Under the pieces are notes generated by a model. It ran no database searches. It worked only from the letters and a program-made list of their open reading frames with translations, and was not told where the DNA came from. Shown one piece after another: positions 35,501 through 50,500 of a stretch of 64,000 nucleotides of DNA. The stretch lies in NCBI RefSeq assembly GCF_009914755.1, contig NC_060941.1; one strand, given 5' to 3'. Positions within the stretch are counted from its first letter, which is position 1. Each line of letters opens with the position of its first letter. The stretch is from the human T2T-CHM13v2.0 reference genome, Homo sapiens. Both the position numbers and the translations under genes were made by a program.

Positions 35501-38500
35501 AGAGAAGCATTGTCAGAAACTTCTTTGTGATGATTGCATTCAACTCACAGAGATGAAGGTTCCTTTACAAACAGCAGTTTCCAAACACTCTTTCTGTGGA
35601 ATCTGCAAGTGGATATTTGGACCTCTTTGAAGATTTCGTTGGAAACGGGAGAATCTTCACAGAAAAGCTAAACAGAAGCATTCTCAGAAACTTCTTTGTG
35701 ATGCTTGCATTCAACTCACAGAGTTGAACTTTCCTTTCGAGAGAGAAGCTTTGAAACACTCTTTTTCCAGAATCTGCAAGTGGACATTTGGAGGGCTTTG
35801 AGGCCTGTGGTGGAAAAGGAATTAACTTCCCGTAAAAGCTAGATAGAAGCATTCTCAGAAACTACTTTGTGACGATTGCATTCAAGTCACAGAGTTGAAC
35901 ATTCCCTTTGACAGAGCAGTTTGGAAACTCTCTTTGTGTAGAATCTGCAAGTGGAGATATGGACCGCTTTGAGGCCTATGGTAGTAAAGGAAATAGCTTC
36001 ATATAAAAGCTAGACAGTAGCATTCACAGAAAACTCTTGGTGACGACTGAGTTTAACTCACAGAGCTGAACATTCCTTTGGATGGAGCAGTTTCGAAACA
36101 CACTATTTGTAGAATGTGCAAGTGGATATTTGGGCCTCTCTGAGGATTTCGTTGGAAACGGGATAAACCGCACAGAACTAAACAGAAGCATTCTCAGAAC
36201 CTTCTTCGTGATGTTTGCATTCAACTCACAGTGTTGAACCTTTCTTTGATAGTTCAGGTTTGAAACGGTCTTTCTGTAGAAACTGCAAGTAGATATTTGG
36301 ACCTCTCTGAGGATTTCGTTGGAAACGGGATAAACCGCACAGAACTAAAACAGAAGCATTCTCAGAACCCTCTTCGTGATGTTTGCATTCAACTCACAGT
36401 GCTGAACCTTTCTTTGATAGTTCAGCTTTGAAACACTCTTCTTGTAGAAACTGCAAGTGGATATTTGGTCCTCTCTGAGGATTTCGTTGGAAACGGGATA
36501 AACCGCACAGAACTAAACAGAAGCATTCTCAGAACCTTCTTCGTGATGTCTGCATTCAACTCACAGTGTGGAACCTTTCTTTGATAGTTCAGGTTTGAAA
36601 CTCTCTTTTTGTAGAAACTGCAAGGGGATAATTGCACTTCTTTGAGGCCTACCGTAGTAAAGGAAATAACTTCCTATAGAAAGAAGACAGAAGCTTTCTC
36701 AGAAAATCCTTTGGGATGATTGAGTGGAACTCACAGAGCTGAACATTCCTTGCGATGTAGCAGTTTAGAAACACACTTTCTGCAGAATCTGCAAGTGCAT
36801 ATTTGGACCTCTCCGAGGAATTCGTTGGAAACGGGATAATTTCAGCTGACTAAACAGAAGCAGTCTCAGAATCTTCTTTGTGATGTTTGCATTCAAATCC
36901 CAGAGTTGAACTTTCCTTTCAAAGTTCACGTTTGAAACACTCTTTTTGCAGGATCTACAAGTGGATATTTGGACCACTCTGTGTCCTTCGTTCGAAACGG
37001 GTATATCTTCACATGGCATCTAGACAGAAGCATTCTCAGAAGCTTCTCTGTGATGACTGCATTCAACTCACGGAGTTGAACACTCCTTTTGAGAGCGCAG
37101 TTTTGAAACTCTCTTTCTGTGGCATCTGCAAGGGGACATGTAGACCTCTTTGAAGATTTCGTTGGAAACGGAATCATCTTCGCATAAAAACTATACAGAT
37201 GCATTCTCAGGAACTTTTTGGTGATGTTTGTATTCAACTCCCAGAGTTGAACTTTCCTTTGGAAAGAGCAGCTATGAAACACTCTTTTTCTAGAATCTGC
37301 AAGTGGACGTTTGGAGGGCTTTGTGGTTTGTGGTGGAAAAGGAAATATCTTCACCTAAATACTAGATAGAAGCATTCTCAGAAACTGCTTTGTGATGATT
37401 GCATTCACCTCACAGAGTTGAACATTCCTATTGATAGAGCAGTTTGGAAACACTCTTGTTGTGGAATGTGCAAGTGGAGATTTGGAGCGCTTTGAGGCCT
37501 ATGGTAGTAAAGGGAATAGCTTCATAGAAAAACTAGACAGAAGCATTCTCAGAAAATACTTTGTGATGATTGAGTTTAACTCACAGAGCTGAACATTCCT
37601 TTGGATGGAGCAGGTTTGAGACACACTTTTTGTAGAATCTACAAGTGGATATTTGGACCTCTCTGAGGATTTCGTTGGAAACGCGATAACTGCACCTAAC
37701 TAAACGGAAGCATTCTCAGAAACTTCTTGGTGATGTTTGCATTCAAATCCCAGAGTTGAACCTTCCTGTGATAGTTCAGGTTTGAAACACTCTTTTTGTA
37801 GGATCTGCAAGTGGATATTTGGACCACTCTGTGGCCTTCGTTCGAAACGGGTACATCTTCACATAAAATCTAGACAGAAGCCTTCTCAGAAACTTCTCTG
37901 TGATGATTGCATTCAACTCACAGATTTGAACCCTCCTATGGATAGAGCATTGTTGAAACTCTCTTTTTGTGGAATCTGCAAGTGGATATGTGGACCTCTC
38001 CGAAGATGTCTTTGGAAACGGGAATATCTTCACATAAAAACTAAACAGAAGCATTCTCAGAAACTTCTCTGTGATGTTTGTGTTCAACTCCCAGAGTTTC
38101 ACATTGCTTTTCATAGAGTAGTTCTGAAACATGCTTTTCGTAGTGTCTGCAAGTGGACATTTGGAGCGCTTTCAGGCCTGTGGTGGAAAACGAATTATGG
38201 TCCCATAAAAACTGGAGAGAAGCATTGTCAGAAACTTCTTTGTGATGATTGCATTCAACTCACAGAGATGAAGGTTCCTTTACAAACAGCAGTTTCCAAA
38301 CACTCTTTCTGTGGAATCTGCAAGTGGATATTTGGACCTCTTTGAAGATTTCGTTGGAAACGGGAGAATCTTCACAGAAAAGCTAAACAGAAGCATTCTC
38401 AGAAACTTCTTTGTGATGCTTGCATTCAACTCACAGAGTTGAACTTTCCTTTCGAGAGAGAAGCTTTGAAACACTCTTTTTCCAGAATCTGCAAGTGGAC

Positions 38501-41500
38501 ATTTGGAGGGCTTTGAGGCCTGTGGTGGAAAAGGAATTAACTTCCCGTAAAAGCTAGATAGAAGCATTCTCAGAAACTACTTTGTGATGATTGCATTCAA
38601 GTCACAGAGTTGAACATTCCCTTTGACAGAGCAGTTTGGAAACTCTCTTTGTGTAGAATCTGCAAGTGGAGATATGGACCGCTTTGAGGCCTATGGTAGT
38701 AAAGGAAATAGCTTCATATAAAAGCTAGACAGTAGCATTCACAGAAAACTCTTGGTGACGACTGAGTTTAACTCACAGAGCTGAACATTCCTTTGGATGG
38801 AGCAGTTTCGAAACACACTATTTGTAGAATGTGCAAGTGGATATTTGGGCCTCTCTGAGGATTTCGTTGGAAACGGGATAAACCGCACAGAACTAAACAG
38901 AAGCATTCTCAGAACCTTCTTCGTGATGTTTGCATTCAACTCACAGTGTTGAACCTTTCTTTGATAGTTCAGGTTTGAAACGGTCTTTCTGTAGAAACTG
39001 CAAGTAGATATTTGGACCTCTCTGAGGATTTCGTTGGAAACGGGATAAACCGCACAGAACTAAAACAGAAGCATTCTCAGAACCCTCTTCGTGATGTTTG
39101 CATTCAACTCACAGTGCTGAACCTTTCTTTGATAGTTCAGCTTTGAAACACTCTTCTTGTAGAAACTGCAAGTGGATATTTGGTCCTCTCTGAGGATTTC
39201 GTTGGAAACGGGATAAACCGCACAGAACTAAACAGAAGCATTCTCAGAACCTTCTTCGTGATGTCTGCATTCAACTCACAGTGTGGAACCTTTCTTTGAT
39301 AGTTCAGGTTTGAAACACTCTTTTTGTAGAAACTGCAAGGGGATAATTGCACTTCTTTGAGGCCTACCGTAGTAAAGGAAATAACTTCCTATAGAAAGAA
39401 GACAGAAGCTTTCTCAGAAAATTCTTTGGGATGATTGAGTGGAACTCACAGAGCTGAACATTCCTTGCGATGTAGCAGTTTAGAAACACACTTTCTGCAG
39501 AATCTGCAAGTGCATATTTGGACCTCTCCGAGGAATTCGTTGGAAACGGGATAATTTCAGCTGACTAAACAGAAGCAGTCTCAGAATCTTCTTTGTGATG
39601 TTTGCATTCAAATCCCAGAGTTGAACTTTCCTTTCAAAGTTCACGTTTGAAACACTCTTTTTGCAGGATCTACAAGTGGATATTTGGACCACTCTGTGTC
39701 CTTCGTTCGAAACGGGTATATCTTCACATGGCATCTAGACAGAAGCATTCTCAGAAGCTTCTCTGTGATGACTGCATTCAACTCACGGATTTGAACACTC
39801 CTTTTGAGAGCGCAGTTTTGAAACTCTCTTTCTGTGGCATCTGCAAGGGGACATGTAGACCTCTTTGAAGATTTCGTTGGAAACGGAATCATCTTCGCAT
39901 AAAAACTATACAGATGCATTCTCAGGAACTTTTTGGTGATGTTTGTATTCAACTCCCAGAGTTGAACTTTCCTTTGGAAAGAGCAGCTATGAAACACTCT
40001 TTTTCTAGAATCTGCAAGTGGACGTTTGGAGGGCTTTGTGGTTTGTGGTGGAAAAGGAAATATCTTCACCTAAATACTAGATAGAAGCATTCTCAGAAAC
40101 TGCTTTGTGATGATTGCATTCACCTCACAGAGTTGAACATTCCTATTGATAGAGCAGTTTGGAAACACTCTTGTTGTGGAATGTGCAAGTGGAGATTTGG
40201 AGCGCTTTGAGGCCTATGGTAGTAAAGGGAATAGCTTCATAGAAAAACTAGACAGAAGCATTCTCAGAAAATACTTTGTGATGATTGAGTTTAACTCACA
40301 GAGCTGAACATTCCTTTGGATGGAGCAGGTTTGAGACACACTTTTTGTAGAATCTACAAGTGGATATTTGGACCTCTCTGAGGATTTCGTTGGAAACGCG
40401 ATAACTGCACCTAACTAAACGGAAGCATTCTCAGAAACTTCTTGGTGATGTTTGCATTCAAATCCCAGAGTTGAACCTTCCTGTGATAGTTCAGGTTTGA
40501 AACACTCTTTTTGTAGGATCTGCAAGTGGATATTTGGACCACTCTGTGGCCTTCGTTCGAAACGGGTACATCTTCACATAAAATCTAGACAGAAGCCTTC
40601 TCAGAAACTTCTCTGTGATGATTGCATTCAACTCACAGATTTGAACCCTCCTATGGATAGAGCATTGTTGAAACTCTCTTTTTGTGGAATCTGCAAGTGG
40701 ATATGTGGACCTCTCCGAAGATGTCTTTGGAAACGGGAATATCTTCACATAAAAACTAAACAGAAGCATTCTCAGAAACTTCTCTGTGATGTTTGTGTTC
40801 AACTCCCAGAGTTTCACATTGCTTTTCATAGAGTAGTTCTGAAACATGCTTTTCGTAGTGTCTGCAAGTGGACATTTGGAGCGCTTTCAGGCCTGTGGTG
40901 GAAAACGAATTATGGTCCCATAAAAACTGGAGAGAAGCATTGTCAGAAACTTCTTTGTGATGATTGCATTCAACTCACAGAGATGAAGGTTCCTTTACAA
41001 ACAGCAGTTTCCAAACACTCTTTCTGTGGAATCTGCAAGTGGATATTTGGACCTCTTTGAAGATTTCGTTGGAAACGGGAGAATCTTCACAGAAAAGCTA
41101 AACAGAAGCATTCTCAGAAACTTCTTTGTGATGCTTGCATTCAACTCACAGAGTTGAACTTTCCTTTCGAGAGAGAAGCTTTGAAACACTCTTTTTCCAG
41201 AATCTGCAAGTGGACATTTGGAGGGCTTTGAGGCCTGTGGTGGAAAAGGAATTAACTTCCCGTAAAAGCTAGATAGAAGCATTCTCAGAAACTACTTTGT
41301 GATGATTGCATTCAAGTCACAGAGTTGAACATTCCCTTTGACAGAGCAGTTTGGAAACTCTCTTTGTGTAGAATCTGCAAGTGGAGATATGGACCGCTTT
41401 GAGGCCTATGGTAGTAAAGGAAATAGCTTCATATAAAAGCTAGACAGTAGCATTCACAGAAAACTCTTGGTGACGACTGAGTTTAACTCACAGAGCTGAA

Positions 41501-44500
41501 CATTCCTTTGGATGGAGCAGTTTCGAAACACACTATTTGTAGAATGTGCAAGTGGATATTTGGGCCTCTCTGAGGATTTCGTTGGAAACGGGATAAACCG
41601 CACAGAACTAAACAGAAGCATTCTCAGAACCTTCTTCGTGATGTTTGCATTCAACTCACAGTGTTGAACCTTTCTTTGATAGTTCAGGTTTGAAACGGTC
41701 TTTCTGTAGAAACTGCAAGTAGATATTTGGACCTCTCTGAGGATTTCGTTGGAAACGGGATAAACCGCACAGAACTAAAACAGAAGCATTCTCAGAACCC
41801 TCTTCGTGATGTTTGCATTCAACTCACAGTGCTGAACCTTTCTTTGATAGTTCAGCTTTGAAACACTCTTCTTGTAGAAACTGCAAGTGGATATTTGGTC
41901 CTCTCTGAGGATTTCGTTGGAAACGGGATAAACCGCACAGAACTAAACAGAAGCATTCTCAGAACCTTCTTCGTGATGTCTGCATTCAACTCACAGTGTG
42001 GAACCTTTCTTTGATAGTTCAGGTTTGAAACACTCTTTTTGTAGAAACTGCAAGGGGATAATGGCACTTCTTTGAGGCCTACCGTAGTAAAGGAAATAAC
42101 TTCCTATAGAAAGAAGACAGAAGCTTTCTCAGAAAATTCTTTGGGATGATTGAGTGGAACTCACAGAGCTGAACATTCCTTGCGATGTAGCAGTTTAGAA
42201 ACACACTTTCTGCAGAATCTGCAAGTGCATATTTGGACCTCTCCGAGGAATTCGTTGGAAACGGGATAATTTCAGCTGACTAAACAGAAGCAGTCTCAGA
42301 ATCTTCTTTGTGATGTTTGCATTCAAATCCCAGAGTTGAACTTTCCTTTCAAAGTTCACGTTTGAAACACTCTTTTTGCAGGATCTACAAGTGGATATTT
42401 GGACCACTCTGTGTCCTTCGTTCGAAACGGGTATATCTTCACATGGCATCTAGACAGAAGCATTCTCAGAAGCTTCTCTGTGATGACTGCATTCAACTCA
42501 CGGAGTTGAACACTCCTTTTGAGAGCGCAGTTTTGAAACTCTCTTTCTGTGGCATCTGCAAGGGGACATGTAGACCTCTTTGAAGATTTCGTTGGAAACG
42601 GAATCATCTTCACATAAAAACTATACAGATGCATTCTCAGGAACATTTTGGTGATGTTTGTATTCAACTCCCAGAGTTGAACTTTCCTTTGGAAAGAGCA
42701 GCTATGAAACACTCTTTTTCTAGAATCTGCAAGTGGACGTTTGGAGGGCTTTGTGGTTTGTGGTGGAAAAGGAAATATCTTCACCTAAATACTAGATAGA
42801 AGCATTCTCAGAAACTGCTTTGTGATGATTGCATTCACCTCACAGAGTTGAACATTCCTATTGATAGAGCAGTTTGGAAACACTCTTGTTGTGGAATGTG
42901 CAAGTGGAGATTTGGAGCGCTTTGAGGCCTATGGTAGTAAAGGGAATAGCTTCATAGAAAAACTAGACAGAAGCATTCTCAGAAAATACTTTGTGATGAT
43001 TGAGTTTAACTCACAGAGCTGAACATTCCTTTGGATGGAGCAGGTTTGAGACACACTTTTTGTAGAATCTACAAGTGGATATTTGGACCTCTCTGAGGAT
43101 TTCGTTGGAAACGCGATAACTGCACCTAACTAAACGGAAGCATTCTCAGAAACTTCTTGGTGATGTTTGCATTCAAATCCCAGAGTTGAACCTTCCTGTG
43201 ATAGTTCAGGTTTGAAACACTCTTTTTGTAGGATCTGCAAGTGGATATTTGGACCACTCTGTGGCCTTCGTTCGAAACGGGTACATCTTCACATAAAATC
43301 TAGACAGAAGCCTTCTCAGAAACTTCTCTGTGATGATTGCATTCAACTCACAGATTTGAACCCTCCTATGGATAGAGCATTGTTGAAACTCTCTTTTTGT
43401 GGAATCTGCAAGTGGATATGTGGACCTCTCCGAAGATGTCTTTGGAAACGGGAATATCTTCACATAAAAACTAAACAGAAGCATTCTCAGAAACTTCTCT
43501 GTGATGTTTGTGTTCAACTCCCAGAGTTTCACATTGCTTTTCATAGAGTAGTTCTGAAACATGCTTTTCGTAGTGTCTGCAAGTGGACATTTGGAGCGCT
43601 TTCAGGCCTGTGGTGGAAAACGAATTATGGTCCCATAAAAACTGGAGAGAAGCATTGTCAGAAACTTCTTTGTGATGATTGCATTCAACTCACAGAGATG
43701 AAGGTTCCTTTACAAACAGCAGTTTCCAAACACTCTTTCTGTGGAATCTGCAAGTGGATATTTGGACCTCTTTGAAGATTTCGTTGGAAACGGGAGAATC
43801 TTCACAGAAAAGCTAAACAGAAGCATTCTCAGAAACTTCTTTGTGATGCTTGCATTCAACTCACAGAGTTGAACTTTCCTTTCGAGAGAGAAGCTTTGAA
43901 ACACTCTTTTTCCAGAATCTGCAAGTGGACATTTGGAGGGCTTTGAGGCCTGTGGTGGAAAAGGAATTAACTTCCCGTAAAAGCTAGATAGAAGCATTCT
44001 CAGAAACTACTTTGTGACGATTGCATTCAAGTCACAGAGTTGAACATTCCCTTTGACAGAGCAGTTTGGAAACTCTCTTTGTGTAGAATCTGCAAGTGGA
44101 GATATGGACCGCTTTGAGGCCTATGGTAGTAAAGGAAATAGCTTCATATAAAAGCTAGACAGTAGCATTCACAGAAAACTCTTGGTGACGACTGAGTTTA
44201 ACTCACAGAGCTGAACATTCCTTTGGATGGAGCAGTTTCGAAACACACTATTTGTAGAATGTGCAAGTGGATATTTGGGCCTCTCTGAGGATTTCGTTGG
44301 AAACGGGATAAACCGCACAGAACTAAACAGAAGCATTCTCAGAACCTTCTTCGTGATGTTTGCATTCAACTCACAGTGTTGAACCTTTCTTTGATAGTTC
44401 AGGTTTGAAACGGTCTTTCTGTAGAAACTGCAAGTAGATATTTGGACCTCTCTGAGGATTTCGTTGGAAACGGGATAAACCGCACAGAACTAAAACAGAA

Positions 44501-47500
44501 GCATTCTCAGAACCCTCTTCGTGATGTTTGCATTCAACTCACAGTGCTGAACCTTTCTTTGATAGTTCAGCTTTGAAACACTCTTCTTGTAGAAACTGCA
44601 AGTGGATATTTGGTCCTCTCTGAGGATTTCGTTGGAAACGGGATAAACCGCACAGAACTAAACAGAAGCATTCTCAGAACCTTCTTCGTGATGTCTGCAT
44701 TCAGCTCACAGTGGGGAACCTTTCTTTGATAGTTCAGGTTTGAAACACTCTTTTTGCAGAAACTGCAAGGGGATAATGGCACTTCTTTGAGGCCTACCGT
44801 AGTAAAGGAAATAACTTCCTATAGAAAGAAGACAGAAGCTTTCTCAGAAAATCCTTTGGGATGATTGAGTGGAACTCACAGAGCTGAACATTCCTTGCGA
44901 TGTAGCAGTTTAGAAACACACTTTCTGCAGAATCTGCAAGTGCATATTTGGACCTCTCTGAGGAATTCGTTGGAAACGGGATAATTTCAGCTGACTAAAC
45001 AGAAGCAGTCTCAGAATCTTCTTTGTGATGTTTGCATTCAAATCCCAGAGTTGAACTTCCCTTTCAAAGTTCACGTTTGAAACACTCTTTTTGCAGGATC
45101 TACAAGTGGATATTTGGACCACTCTGTGTCCTTCGTTCGAAACGGGTATATCTTCACATGACATCTAGACAGAAGCATTCTCAGAAGCTTCTCTGTGATG
45201 ACTGCATTCAACTCACGGAGTTGAACACTCCTTTTGAGAGCGCAGTTTTGAAACTCTCTTTCTGTGGCATCTGCAAGGGGACATGTAGACCTCTTTGAAG
45301 ATTTCGTTGGAAACGGAATCATCTTCGCATAAAAACTATACAGATGCATTCTCAGGAACTTTTTGGTGATGTTTGTATTCAACTCCCAGAGTTGAACTTT
45401 CCTTTGGAAAGAGCAGCTATGAAACACTCTTTTTCTAGAATCTGCAAGTGGACGTTTGGAGGGCTTTGTGGTTTGTGGTGGAAAAGGAAATATCTTCACC
45501 TAAATACTAGATAGAAGCATTCTCAGAAACTGCTTTGTGATGATTGCATTCACCTCACAGAGTTGAACATTCCTATTGATAGAGCAGTTTGGAAACACTC
45601 TTGTTGTGGAATGTGCAAGTGGAGATTTGGAGCGCTTTGAGGCCTATGGTAGTAAAGGGAATAGCTTCATAGAAAAACTAGACAGAAGCATTCTCAGAAA
45701 ATACTTTGTGATGATTGAGTTTAACTCACAGAGCTGAACATTCCTTTGGATGGAGCAGGTTTGAGACACACTTTTTGTAGAATCTACAAGTGGATATTTG
45801 GACCTCTCTGAGGATTTCGTTGGAAACGCGATAACTGCACCTAACTAAACGGAAGCATTCTCAGAAACTTCTTGGTGATGTTTGCATTCAAATCCCAGAG
45901 TTGAACCTTCCTGTGATAGTTCAGGTTTGAAACACTCTTTTTGTAGGATCTGCAAGTGGATATTTGGACCACTCTGTGGCCTTCGTTCGAAACGGGTACA
46001 TCTTCACATAAAATCTAGACAGAAGCCTTCTCAGAAACTTCTCTGTGATGATTGCATTCAACTCACAGATTTGAACCCTCCTATGGATAGAGCATTGTTG
46101 AAACTCTCTTTTTGTGGAATCTGCAAGTGGATATGTGGACCTCTCCGAAGATGTCTTTGGAAACGGGAATATCTTCACATAAAAACTAAACAGAAGCATT
46201 CTCAGAAACTTCTCTGTGATGTTTGTGTTCAACTCCCAGAGTTTCACATTGCTTTTCATAGAGTAGTTCTGAAACATGCTTTTCGTAGTGTCTGCAAGTG
46301 GACATTTGGAGCGCTTTCAGGCCTGTGGTGGAAAACGAATTATGGTCCCATAAAAACTGGAGAGAAGCATTGTCAGAAACTTCTTTGTGATGATTGCATT
46401 CAACTCACAGAGATGAAGGTTCCTTTACAAACAGCAGTTTCCAAACACTCTTTCTGTGGAATCTGCAAGTGGATATTTGGACCTCTTTGAAGATTTCGTT
46501 GGAAACGGGAGAATCTTCACAGAAAAGCTAAACAGAAGCATTCTCAGAAACTTCTTTGTGATGCTTGCATTCAACTCACAGAGTTGAACTTTCCTTTCGA
46601 GAGAGAAGCTTTGAAACACTCTTTTTCCAGAATCTGCAAGTGGACATTTGGAGGGCTTTGAGGCCTGTGGTGGAAAAGGAATTAACTTCCCGTAAAAGCT
46701 AGATAGAAGCATTCTCAGAAACTACTTTGTGATGATTGCATTCAAGTCACAGAGTTGAACATTCCCTTTGACAGAGCAGTTTGGAAACTCTCTTTGTGTA
46801 GAATCTGCAAGTGGAGATATGGACCGCTTTGAGGCCTATGGTAGTAAAGGAAATAGCTTCATATAAAAGCTAGACAGTAGCATTCACAGAAAACTCTTGG
46901 TGACGACTGAGTTTAACTCACAGAGCTGAACATTCCTTTGGATGGAGCAGTTTCGAAACACACTATTTGTAGAATGTGCAAGTGGATATTTGGGCCTCTC
47001 TGAGGATTTCGTTGGAAACGGGATAAACCGCACAGAACTAAACAGAAGCATTCTCAGAACCTTCTTCGTGATGTTTGCATTCAACTCACAGTGTTGAACC
47101 TTTCTTTGATAGTTCAGGTTTGAAACGGTCTTTCTGTAGAAACTGCAAGTAGATATTTGGACCTCTCTGAGGATTTCGTTGGAAACGGGATAAACCGCAC
47201 AGAACTAAAACAGAAGCATTCTCAGAACCCTCTTCGTGATGTTTGCATTCAACTCACAGTGCTGAACCTTTCTTTGATAGTTCAGCTTTGAAACACTCTT
47301 CTTGTAGAAACTGCAAGTGGATATTTGGTCCTCTCTGAGGATTTCGTTGGAAACGGGATAAACCGCACAGAACTAAACAGAAGCATTCTCAGAACCTTCT
47401 TCGTGATGTCTGCATTCAACTCACAGTGTGGAACCTTTCTTTGATAGTTCAGGTTTGAAACACTCTTTTTGTAGAAACTGCAAGGGGATAATGGCACTTC

Positions 47501-50500
47501 TTTGAGGCCTACCGTAGTAAAGGAAATAACTTCCTATAGAAAGAAGACAGAAGCTTTCTCAGAAAATTCTTTGGGATGATTGAGTGGAACTCACAGAGCT
47601 GAACATTCCTTGCGATGTAGCAGTTTAGAAACACACTTTCTGCAGAATCTGCAAGTGCATATTTGGACCTCTCTGAGGAATTCGTTGGAAACGGGATAAT
47701 TTCAGCTGACTAAACAGAAGCAGTCTCAGAATCTTCTTTGTGATGTTTGCATTCAAATCCCAGAGTTGAACTTTCCTTTCAAAGTTCACGTTTGAAGCAC
47801 TCTTTTTGCAGGATCTACAAGTGGATATTTGGACCACTCTGTGTCCTTCGTTCGAAACGGGTATATCTTCACATGACATCTAGACAGAAGCATTCTCAGA
47901 AGCTTCTCTGTGATGACTGCATTCAACTCACGGAGTTGAACACTCCTTTTGAGAGCGCAGTTTTGAAACTCTCTTTCTGTGGCATCTGCAAGGGGACATG
48001 TAGACCTCTTTGAAGATTTCGTTGGAAACGGAATCATCTTCGCATAAAAACTATACAGATGCATTCTCAGGAACTTTTTGGTGATGTTTGTATTCAACTC
48101 CCAGAGTTGAACTTTCCTTTGGAAAGAGCAGCTATGAAACACTCTTTTTCTAGAATCTGCAAGTGGACGTTTGGAGGGCTTTGTGGTTTGTGGTGGAAAA
48201 GGAAATATCTTCACCTAAATACTAGATAGAAGCATTCTCAGAAACTGCTTTGTGATGATTGCATTCACCTCACAGAGTTGAACATTCCTATTGATAGAGC
48301 AGTTTGGAAACACTCTTGTTGTGGAATGTGCAAGTGGAGATTTGGAGCGCTTTGAGGCCTATGGTAGTAAAGGGAATAGCTTCATAGAAAAACTAGACAG
48401 AAGCATTCTCAGAAAATACTTTGTGATGATTGAGTTTAACTCACAGAGCTGAACATTCCTTTGGATGGAGCAGGTTTGAGACACACTTTTTGTAGAATCT
48501 ACAAGTGGATATTTGGACCTCTCTGAGGATTTCGTTGGAAACGCGATAACTGCACCTAACTAAACGGAAGCATTCTCAGAAACTTCTTGGTGATGTTTGC
48601 ATTCAAATCCCAGAGTTGAACCTTCCTGTGATAGTTCAGGTTTGAAACACTCTTTTTGTAGGATCTGCAAGTGGATATTTGGACCACTCTGTGGCCTTCG
48701 TTCGAAACGGGTACATCTTCACATAAAATCTAGACAGAAGCCTTCTCAGAAACTTCTCTGTGATGATTGCATTCAACTCACAGATTTGAACCCTCCTATG
48801 GATAGAGCATTGTTGAAACTCTCTTTTTGTGGAATCTGCAAGTGGATATGTGGACCTCTCCGAAGATGTCTTTGGAAACGGGAATATCTTCACATAAAAA
48901 CTAAACAGAAGCATTCTCAGAAACTTCTCTGTGATGTTTGTGTTCAACTCCCAGAGTTTCACATTGCTTTTCATAGAGTAGTTCTGAAACATGCTTTTCG
49001 TAGTGTCTGCAAGTGGACATTTGGAGCGCTTTCAGGCCTGTGGTGGAAAACGAATTATGGTCCCATAAAAACTGGAGAGAAGCATTGTCAGAAACTTCTT
49101 TGTGATGATTGCATTCAACTCACAGAGATGAAGGTTCCTTTACAAACAGCAGTTTCCAAACACTCTTTCTGTGGAATCTGCAAGTGGATATTTGGACCTC
49201 TTTGAAGATTTCGTTGGAAACGGGAGAATCTTCACAGAAAAGCTAAACAGAAGCATTCTCAGAAACTTCTTTGTGATGCTTGCATTCAACTCACAGAGTT
49301 GAACTTTCCTTTCGAGAGAGAAGCTTTGAAACACTCTTTTTCCAGAATCTGCAAGTGGACATTTGGAGGGCTTTGAGGCCTGTGGTGGAAAAGGAATTAA
49401 CTTCCCGTAAAAGCTAGATAGAAGCATTCTCAGAAACTACTTTGTGATGATTGCATTCAAGTCACAGAGTTGAACATTCCCTTTGACAGAGCAGTTTGGA
49501 AACTCTCTTTGTGTAGAATCTGCAAGTGGAGATATGGACCGCTTTGAGGCCTATGGTAGTAAAGGAAATAGCTTCATATAAAAGCTAGACAGTAGCATTC
49601 ACAGAAAACTCTTGGTGACGACTGAGTTTAACTCACAGAGCTGAACATTCCTTTGGATGGAGCAGTTTCGAAACACACTATTTGTAGAATGTGCAAGTGG
49701 ATATTTGGGCCTCTCTGAGGATTTCGTTGGAAACGGGATAAACCGCACAGAACTAAACAGAAGCATTCTCAGAACCTTCTTCGTGATGTTTGCATTCAAC
49801 TCACAGTGTTGAACCTTTCTTTGATAGTTCAGGTTTGAAACGGTCTTTCTGTAGAAACTGCAAGTAGATATTTGGACCTCTCTGAGGATTTCGTTGGAAA
49901 CGGGATAAACCGCACAGAACTAAAACAGAAGCATTCTCAGAACCCTCTTCGTGATGTTTGCATTCAACTCACAGTGCTGAACCTTTCTTTGATAGTTCAG
50001 CTTTGAAACACTCTTCTTGTAGAAACTGCAAGTGGATATTTGGTCCTCTCTGAGGATTTCGTTGGAAACGGGATAAACCGCACAGAACTAAACAGAAGCA
50101 TTCTCAGAACCTTCTTCGTGATGTCTGCATTCAACTCACAGTGTGGAACCTTTCTTTGATAGTTCAGGTTTGAAACACTCTTTTTGTAGAAACTGCAAGG
50201 GGATAATGGCACTTCTTTGAGGCCTACCGTAGTAAAGGAAATAACTTCCTATAGAAAGAAGACAGAAGCTTTCTCAGAAAATTCTTTGGGATGATTGAGT
50301 GGAACTCACAGAGCTGAACATTCCTTGCGATGTAGCAGTTTAGAAACACACTTTCTGCAGAATCTGCAAGTGCATATTTGGACCTCTCTGAGGAATTCGT
50401 TGGAAACGGGATAATTTCAGCTGACTAAACAGAAGCAGTCTCAGAATCTTCTTTGTGATGTTTGCATTCAAATCCCAGAGTTGAACTTTCCTTTCAAAGT

